DNA of 64,000 bases, taken from assembly GCA_051362555.1 (NCBI GenBank), contig CM120643.1, positions 15,846,644 to 15,910,643 on the forward strand. The letters are read 5' to 3'. Shown piece by piece: positions 58,101 through 64,000 of the stretch. How positions within the stretch are numbered: the stretch's first letter is position 1; each line of letters opens with the position of its first letter. The notes under the pieces were generated by a model. It searched no databases. It worked only from the letters and a program-made list of their open reading frames with translations, and had not been told where the DNA came from. Made by a program: the position numbers and the translations under genes. The DNA comes from Lingula anatina. Its lineage: Eukaryota > Animalia > Brachiopoda.

Positions 58101-60748
58101 TGAAATTGACCTTTGACCTACTTTTCACCATGAACTAAACTTTGCAAATTTTGCTTCCCTTTTATCTCCAAAAGTAGCAGAGATAGGTCCATAGTTACTA
58201 TTGAACTTGAATAGGAAGTCATATACTGGCAATCTAAGTGTGACCTTGAAATTGACCTTTGACCTACTTTTCACCATGAACTGAACTCTGCTAATTTCTT
58301 TCTCTTTTAACTCCAAACCTGGCAGAGATAGGTCCATAGTTACTATTGAAGTTGAATAGGAAGTCATATACTGGCAATTTACTGTGACCTTGAAATTGAC
58401 CTTTGACCTACCTTACGATGAACTTAACTTTGATTGTACCATTTTAAGTTATATATATTTTTTGCGTATTTTGAAAATTCTTGTTGATTGCATTTTTATA
58501 GCTTGTCAAGCATAAAACTGGTGGCTGTGTCCCTTATTTTGTGTATGTGGGGGTCTATACAAATGCGCTTGCTCCAGCTGGTGGTACAATATTCGGAGGC
58601 GGTATCGCCTCTCTGATCCTCTAGTTCTGAATATGATTTTCAGATTTGAGCATTAGTTAATATGCAGTATTACAGTTATGTTATGGATTTTTTTTCAACA
58701 TTACACATATGTGATCATCTTCATACATTTTTTCAGTGGATGATACCCACAGTGAGAAATTCCATGCAGCCTTTCCACCACTCTAAGTGGTCCAGAATAC
58801 TGGAGAGACTGCTGAAATTAGCAGTAAGTGTTAGGATGCAATATAGTTATTGTTTTATTTTCTAATTGTACATATGAAAGGTATTTCCTATATAAACAAT
58901 TAAAGAAAAAAAAAAGATGAAACTTTAATTATGTCTTTTTTTATGACTTTTTAAAAAAAATCTTAAGGTATTGCCCTTTATGTGCCACACTGTTTATTCA
59001 TTACATGAGTTCATTCATTACAAGCAAGGAACTGTTTGGCTAACACAGTGTAACTGCATGGAAATGCCTTCTTTACTACTTGGAAGTGATGGTTTTTTGT
59101 AGACTTCTTATTTTCATTTGCTGTGCTCCTAAAAGTTCTGTTTTGCTTTAAATCATTTCCTCAATACTTAACAACAAATTTTTTCACTTATCTTAAAGAC
59201 TTCCTTTAAGGCTGCAGGCTTGTATGAAAAGTTCTTGGTCCAGATTAATTTGTATTTGTCATATGTTACTTAATAATTGGAATGATTGGAAACCTGCTTC
59301 CAAGTCATTTCTTATATTTAGAAATTATTGTCGTTATTCAGACAAACCTTGAAGTCATACCAATATTAGGTTTTGTTTGACCAGCAGAGATACTGCTGAT
59401 CAATTACCCGAACACTGCTTTTAAAAGGGAAAAATCTATTTTATTTTTACATGTCAAAAATGCATTTTGCATTGGTCAAAATTTTGAAATTATACTGTTA
59501 AATTTAGCTTGGCATTGGGATTAAGGAAGAGTTTAATACCTTAAGACTGTGGTAAAAAAAAATCAGAAAAATGTATTGTAGTCTCATTGTGGGAGAATTT
59601 TCCCAAAACCATAGTCTGAAATTCATTAAGTCTTAGGTGGTCATATTTTGGGGAAATTTTTCTGAAAATAAGACAGTCATGGCCACTGACATTTTGGGGG
59701 AAATCCTGAAGACTGGGATCTAAAATTCAGAAAATCTTGAGTAGTCATATTTTGGGGGGATTCCCCAGAACTCTTTATCTCAGTATTAAATAGAAATCAA
59801 CTCACTCTCTTGGGAAAGTTCTCTAAAGCTACAGTCTTAAATTTGAAAAGTATTAAGTAGTTACATGTTGGAGAAAATTCATCAAATCTACGGCCTGGAA
59901 TAACATAAGACAATCATGCTTGGGCAATTTCCCCAAACCTTCTGTCAAAAATTCTGAAAATGTTTAATGACTGTAGTTACTTCTAAAGACCCCCCCCCTT
60001 TTTTTGTGCTGGGAAAAGGTCCACTCTAAATAAAATAAGGCTTCTTGACAAAAGGTCTACATTTTCAGAAAAAGAACCCCCCTTTTTGCAACTGCTGGCT
60101 ACAGGCCTGCACGTGGTTAACAACTATGACACAGTAAGTAAAATATTAGAAGCTATCTCATATTGAGAATACATAAAACATTTGAACTTAATTTTGAGAA
60201 ATGAAAGAAAAAAAAACTCTGTATTGTTCAAGATAGAGCAAAATTACAAATCCTATTAACAAGACTTAGAATCATCAGTCACAGATTGCCTGGACAAAGA
60301 AAACCAACACCAGTTAAAAACAAAAATTTTGTCGGGGGTAAATTTATTTCAGTTATAATACATATTCATGCTATAAAACTATTCTTATACCATAATTTGG
60401 AAATTTATTTAAAATGTAATTGGTCTGAAATTTCTATAATATCTGTATTGTGTTTGGGGAATTTTCCCTAAATTGTTATCTGGTAATGATTTTTTCATTT
60501 TGAGGAAATATCCCAAAATGTGACTGCTGAAAGTTTTCAGATTTAAGACATTCTGTTTGGGGAATTTTCCTCAAATGTCAACACACCACTGATTTTAAGG
60601 CATAAATTTTGAGAAAATTTCCCCAAAATGTATGTTGTAGGGAATTCTGATTTTGAAACCGAAATATTGGTGAATTTTCTCCAATATATCAGTTGGTCAC
60701 GATTTTTATTATCATCATTGTCTTATGGAAGTGTAGGAGAGCATATCC

Positions 60749-60791
<43 letters not shown>

Positions 60792-63223
60792 ATATATATT
60801 GGTAAAACAGTGTTCATATTTTTCAGATTCCAAACCACCTGATCTGGCTGATGTTCTTCTACTGGTTTTTCCACTCCTGTCTTAATGTGGTGGCAGAACT
60901 ACTGAGATTTGGTGACAGGGAATTTTATAGGGATTGGTGGTAAGATCACATTCAGCTGACAGTGACAAGAATTTTTTCAATAAGGCCACACTTTTTTATT
61001 TTTATGGATGACATCCTCTGGGTACCCCAAAATCGGTGCGAGAGGGCGAAAAAAAAAAAAAAAAACTGTCCAAAAAAAAAAAAAAAAAAAAAATACTGCT
61101 TAAGTAAAGGAATGCTGTCAGTACACAGCTGGAAACAAATTTTACCACAGAAACACGTATCAAACTAACAATATATCTTTATCCATACTCTCAAAATATT
61201 AAAGCATTGTGAATACTTCGTAGAAATGTAAAAAAAAAAAAAAAAGTCATGATTAGATATAGCCTACTTCATATTACCAAATCTATTTAAAGACAGTCTC
61301 AGCGCGTTAAACCCTTAAAATAGCACGAAAATGAATTTTCCTGGAAAACTCACCAATTTCCCCATAATGACCAAGGTATATCCTATCCAAAACCGTTCAG
61401 AAAATAAAGCTACCTAATACCGTTTTTAAGTTCCATTAAATAATAAAAGACGACTCGTCTTAAATACTCAGCTACCACCTCACAGTACGGCTTCAGAACG
61501 CGCAATTTCTCGCTAAGTCTCGCGGTTTACTATGAATGAAGTACTACGGCTGAGACCCGGATGTTACTATTTGGCGCCAAAACAGCAAACATGGCTCAGA
61601 CGCGCGTCAAGTCTGAACAGGAGAGCGACAAAAGGGGGCAAAAGAAAATAGCCACTCCAGTTCGAAAGATACGAAAGAAAATTAGAGACAGACGAAGAAG
61701 CACTCAGACTGTGTATGTTGGGAGGGAGGTGGGGCGGTGGAGGACACTTAAAGCTGAGTTAGGACTCACATACGAGGCAATGGCGAAACTACTCCTCGAC
61801 ACGTGAGTATGCGCTTCACAGGTCTCAAGTGTGTCTGATTATCATATTATCCTGTTCACAATAAATGACAATATTTGTGCTCATACAAAGTTGGTTACGT
61901 GTATAAGAGTGTTTTGGGCTTTACGTTTTCTGTTTTTGATCGGTACATGTACCGAAAAGATGGACAGGCGGCACTTACATGTCTGACAAGTTTCGCTGTG
62001 TAGTCGTGACGTCTATCTCATTCTGACTGAAGCCTGCTGTGATTGGTCGTAAACGTGGGAAAATCGAGGTCGTGACCTTGAGCCGGAAGTACTTCTGGCT
62101 GTGCTCCGAAATCATGATAAATAGTTTTCGTTTTCTAATTCTTTATTCTAGTTGTCTTAACAGGACTTTTGTGACCCAGACTTATTCATATAATAATAAA
62201 CAATCTCCCAAAACACAAATCTGATCAAAGTTTTACATAGAACCTGCTTCTATACATTAATCTAACCCACTGAGTTGTCCTTTAAGGTTATTTCATGCAT
62301 TTAGTTGGTATAGCTATCAATAAAACAAATATCAATCAAACAGCTTGTCTTTATTTGTATTCTCATAATATTAAAGCATTTTGAACACTTCACAGAAATA
62401 TTTAAAAAATGATGCAAAGATATGCTTAATACTACCAAATCTATTAAAGGTCATTTCGGACGATGCCATTTTGTCTACTTCGACTCACACGAAGCAGCCA
62501 AACTGTCAGGTGGCCTGTCCGACCTTCAGCCCACCAAATACCTCAACGCCCTTGTCGACCCTTTTTTCAATACAGAAAACCTGGTATTAATGTGCTGCTT
62601 TGTACAGAATGTCACAGAAATTTTTCCGGCGATAATCGCTGGCCGCCGCCAGCCTTTCGCACAACTGTAAAAATGTGATATCTCCATGCCCAATATCAAT
62701 GGCATACCAATCCAAAATGACGGCGCCCGTTCTCTTTGTCTTTTATTGTTGTGTAATTTGAAAGTAATCCTAGAGATGAATTTGACGGCAAAGCGGCCAC
62801 ATTTCCACGTGGCGATAATAGGCATGCGCAGAAAGCTCATTTACCGACTTCGTTGGGGGCTTGGGGGGGATTTTTTTTTTTTTTTTCTTTTGAGAACGGG
62901 CGAAAATCGGTGCGCGCGCAGGATGTCATCCATAAAAATAAAAAAGTGTGGCCTAATACACTAATATTTAGCTACAAGGCTCCCCTGTACTTATTGAATG
63001 TTGACGGATTTTTTTCAGGTTGCAATCATGATAGGTGTATCTGTAATATAATTTTTTTTTGTAAGTTCTTTGGCACTCCCTCTACCCAGTTTATTAACTT
63101 CACTGATTTTACTCTGGTCAGATTTGGTCTATACATTTTTATGCTTACTTTTTACAGGAATTCAGAAAGTGTGAATGAATTTTGGAAGAACTGGAATGTC
63201 CCAGTGCATCGGTGGGCCACAAG
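43005..63223 (+). CDS. DGAT1: Diacylglycerol O-acyltransferase 1 (MBOAT family), gene span; last exons lie beyond the window
   Basis: Exon chain carries DGAT1 motifs [73 protein letters not shown] and [12 protein letters not shown]. Exon sizes 88/41/86/53/104/39/113/66 match my recollection of the vertebrate DGAT1 gene structure. Confidence 0.96.
43441..43814 (+). CDS. DGAT1: DGAT1 alternative first exon 1b (124-aa N-terminus)
   Basis: Open from aaaATGG-like start at 43441 to a GT|GTAAGC donor in phase 2, compatible with exon 2; has its own upstream CCAAT/E-box cluster. Confidence 0.65.
45429..45516 (+). CDS. DGAT1: DGAT1 exon 2
   Basis: [29 protein letters not shown]; 88 nt, AG/GT bounded. 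Confidence 0.95.
50065..50105 (+). CDS. DGAT1: DGAT1 exon 3
   Basis: [14 protein letters not shown]; 41 nt. Confidence 0.95.
50603..50688 (+). CDS. DGAT1: DGAT1 exon 4
   Basis: [28 protein letters not shown]; 86 nt. Confidence 0.95.
50957..51009 (+). CDS. DGAT1: DGAT1 exon 5
   Basis: [17 protein letters not shown]; 53 nt. Confidence 0.92.
51572..51674 (+). CDS. DGAT1: DGAT1 exon 6
   Basis: [34 protein letters not shown]; 103 nt. Confidence 0.92.
52717..52872 (+). CDS. DGAT1: DGAT1 exon 7a
   Basis: [51 protein letters not shown]; 156 nt, phase 1/1. Confidence 0.88.
53296..53445 (+). CDS. DGAT1: DGAT1 exon 7b (paralog of 7a)
   Basis: [49 protein letters not shown]; 150 nt, phase 1/1. Confidence 0.88.
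53954..54019 (+). CDS. DGAT1: DGAT1 exon 8
   Basis: [21 protein letters not shown] (V.YP.NL motif); 66 nt. Confidence 0.92.
54523..54626 (+). CDS. DGAT1: DGAT1 exon 9
   Basis: [34 protein letters not shown]; 104 nt. Confidence 0.96.
54792..55005. mobile_element. PIF/Harbinger-like MITE, copy 2 (DGAT1 intron 9)
   Basis: TAA on both sides (54789-54791 and 55006-55008); highly similar to 32800-33010. Confidence 0.85.
55686..55724 (+). CDS. DGAT1: DGAT1 exon 10
   Basis: [13 protein letters not shown]; 39 nt. Confidence 0.92.
55838..58626 (+). mobile_element. Helentron-associated (HINE/DINE-like) non-autonomous element carrying 146-bp tandem arrays
   Basis: Subterminal inverted repeats attgtaccaccagc (55844-55857) and gctggtggtacaat (58577-58590). 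5' hairpin gtaccaccagcgttagcgctggcggtac followed by a ccgg/ccgt simple repeat; 3' hairpin gaggcggtatcgcctc; ctagtt end; T-rich flanks. Confidence 0.8.
56844..58430. repeat. 146-bp tandem repeat arrays (5 and ~4 units) within a 1028-bp-period duplication
   Basis: tctccaaaac-type unit starts at 56844, 56990, 57136, ~57281, 57427, 57573, then 57873, 58019, 58165, ~58310; gttacgctgtatcaaaaagtaca occurs at 56553 and 57581. Confidence 0.95.
58737..58823 (+). CDS. DGAT1: DGAT1 exon 11
   Basis: [29 protein letters not shown]; 87 nt. Confidence 0.95.
59540..60700. repeat. Old foldback-like element: two blocks of degenerate ~60-bp repeats in opposite orientation
   Basis: Units like gtcttaaatttgaaaagtattaagtagttacatgttgg in 59540-59970 match the reverse complement of cccaaaatgtgactgctgaaagttttcagatttaagac in 60450-60700. 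Boundaries are approximate. Confidence 0.5.
60751..60785. repeat. (CA)n microsatellite
   Basis: Seen directly, ~40 nt before the exon 12 acceptor. Confidence 0.95.
60827..60939 (+). CDS. DGAT1: DGAT1 exon 12
   Basis: [37 protein letters not shown]; 113 nt. Confidence 0.97.
61291..62281 (+). mobile_element. Kolobok-like element (TTAA target, AG...CT ends) nested in the previous element
   Basis: ttaa|agacagtctcag ... ctgagttgtcct|ttaa. Removing it restores accaaatctatttaaggttatttc, which matches the uninterrupted sister repeat accaaatctattaaaggtcatttc at ~62434. Confidence 0.75.
61591..61802 (+). CDS. Transposon-borne first exon (basic region plus VYVG....[11 protein letters not shown]....AKLLLD motif)
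   Basis: aacATGG start, 70 open codons, donor AC|GTGAGT. No downstream exon seen within the element. Confidence 0.55.
63158..63223 (+). CDS. DGAT1: DGAT1 exon 13
   Basis: [21 protein letters not shown]; 66 nt. Confidence 0.95.
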
Positions 63224-63367
63224 GTGGTGACTTAACTCCATTATTTTTTTCAAATCAATTCACAATTTAATGAAAACTACAACAACTTGACTGACAAAAT
63301 GAAAAAAAAAAAAAAAACATTTTCAATAATATAAATACTTAAACATTATTTTATTATATTAATAAAC

Positions 63368-63932
63368 TTTTTATGTACAGACACAGATGTGTCTGTACAT
63401 ATAGCCGTCATCTGCGTCTGTCGTCACCGTCGCTGTCGCCGTGCACTTTTACCGATAACACGATAAGTGGAAAACTGTTTTTTCTTTTGGCTTGAAACTT
63501 ACAGAACTGAAGAATATTCGTAATACGCAGGTCAAGTTCGAAAATCAGCATGATCGGGTCACTAATAGGGAATTTATGCTGTTTTTTCACTTTTTTCAGC
63601 ATATATGCAGCACCGATAACACGATAAGTGGAAAACCATTTTACCTTTTGGCTTGAAACTCACAGAACTGATGAATATTCATAATACGCAGGTCAAGTTC
63701 GAAAATCAGCATGATCGGGTCACTTATAGGGAATTTATGCTGTTTTTTCACTTTTTTCAGCATATATGCAGCACCGATAACACGATAAGTGGAAAACAAT
63801 TTTACCTTTTGGCTTGAAACTTACAGAACTGATGTATATTCATAATACGCAGGTCAAGTTCGAAAATCGGCATGATTGGGTCATTTTTAGGGAAGTTATG
63901 CTGTTTTTCACTTTTTTCAGCATGTATGCAAC
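63368..63932 (+). mobile_element. Second HINE-like element with three 161-bp tandem units (DGAT1 intron 13)
   Basis: 5' hairpin tatgtacagacac-agat-gtgtctgtacata and (GTC)-like simple repeat; accgataacacgataagtggaaaa at 63451, 63612 and 63773. 3' terminus not found. Confidence 0.75.
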
Positions 63933-64000
63933 ACCTTTGTGCTATATGATGGTACTGTATGGATGTCAGTCTATAAAATTGTCCCTTGGGTGATCACTAA

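Larger units (their letters stand above)
60984..62953. mobile_element. Non-autonomous DNA transposon with 34-bp perfect TIRs and TAA TSD (PIF/Harbinger-like) in DGAT1 intron 12
   Basis: taa|ggccacacttttttatttttatggatgacatcct ... aggatgtcatccataaaaataaaaaagtgtggcc|taa. Confidence 0.9.

Noticed and set aside
56844-58430. Regular repeats as a CRISPR array, or ORFs 57096/58125 as duplicated genes
   Set aside because: The units are head-to-tail with no unique spacers, the context is eukaryotic, and the ORFs simply follow the repeat.

Overview
AT-rich, intron-containing animal genomic DNA, probably from a marine invertebrate (species cannot be determined from sequence). Three spliced genes were reconstructed by hand with GT-AG junctions and consistent phases. 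(1) TMPPE, a transmembrane metallophosphoesterase on the - strand: 5 coding exons, 34046-38589, 434 aa. (2) An intron-containing histone H3 variant on the + strand: 39608-40871, 136 aa, neither canonical H3 nor H3.3 (A31, I71, S87-A88-V89-L90, A96). (3) DGAT1 on the + strand, from 43005 past the window end. DGAT1 has two alternative first exons and a tandemly duplicated, probably mutually exclusive exon 7. The first ~33 kb has no recognisable gene apart from a candidate first coding exon at 5656-5757 (-) and several enhancer-like islands. Mobile elements are common: a MULE-like long-TIR element containing a truncated LINE, three Harbinger-like MITE copies, a 533-bp foldback MITE, two Helentron/HINE-like elements with 146-bp and 161-bp arrays, and a Kolobok-like element nested in a TAA-target element. 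Most short ORFs in the supplied track are spurious. All alignments are by eye; no database searches were run.
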